Below the pieces are notes generated by a model. That model had not been told where the DNA came from and made no database searches. It worked only from the letters and a program-made list of their open reading frames with translations. The translations under genes were made by a program, and so were the position numbers. A stretch of 64,000 nucleotides of DNA from Alphaproteobacteria bacterium (lineage in GTDB: Bacteria; Pseudomonadota; Alphaproteobacteria; Rhizobiales; Xanthobacteraceae). Location: contig JAPLPD010000160.1 of assembly GCA_026400395.1 (NCBI GenBank), positions 1,427 to 65,426 of the forward strand, in the 5' to 3' direction. The first letter of the stretch is position 1, and each line of letters starts with the position of its first letter. Shown here piece after piece: positions 63,828-64,000 of this stretch.

Positions 63828-64000
63828 ATGGGTTCCGGGGAGTTGGAGGTCGGTCGGCCGCGCGCGCCGGCCGGCGAAGCGCGTGCGTTGTCGAGCCCGC
63901 AACTCGGCATCTGGTTCGCACAAAAACTCGACCCGGCGAGCCCCGCCTACAACATCGGCGAATACTTCGAGATCGGCGGCTCGGTCGTGCTGCCGCTGTT
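63828..64000 (+). CDS. Non-ribosomal peptide synthetase, N-terminal condensation domain (3'-truncated by window)
   Basis: Manual translation from ATG 63828: ...LSSPQLGIWFAQKLDPASPAYNIGEYFEI..., a C1-motif pattern; directly follows the PPTase; not in the ORF track. Confidence 0.8.
   Translation, partial: MGSGELEVGRPRAPAGEARALSSPQLGIWFAQKLDPASPAYNIGEYFEIGGSVVLPL

Overview
High-GC alphaproteobacterial chromosome segment. Gene content and REP families suggest Hyphomicrobiales, Xanthobacteraceae/Bradyrhizobiaceae-like (inference). Core genes include tRNA-Leu(CAA), gluQ, feoAB, a beta-oxidation cluster, gshA, ybaK, tldD, the aa3-type cytochrome c oxidase operon, thrC and the F0 ATP synthase operon. 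The right end (about 47.5-64 kb) is accessory. It holds a cAMP module (CHASE2 cyclase, MBL hydrolase, membrane cNMP-binding protein), a PrtD/HlyD/TolC type I secretion set, and the edge of an NRPS cluster: PPTase, the start of an NRPS condensation domain, and a divergent run of DUF697-like, small membrane protein, SyrD/PvdE-type peptide exporter, SPFH/prohibitin and TolC genes. This NRPS-linked module is the best candidate for an under-described system. Six genes carry lesions: an in-frame TAG, a 1-bp frameshift, a ~44-bp deletion, a 30-bp duplication, and two gene ends replaced by unrelated filler, one of them a 4x15-bp repeat. These may be real or may reflect a low-accuracy consensus. Family assignments come from recognised motifs; no searches were run.
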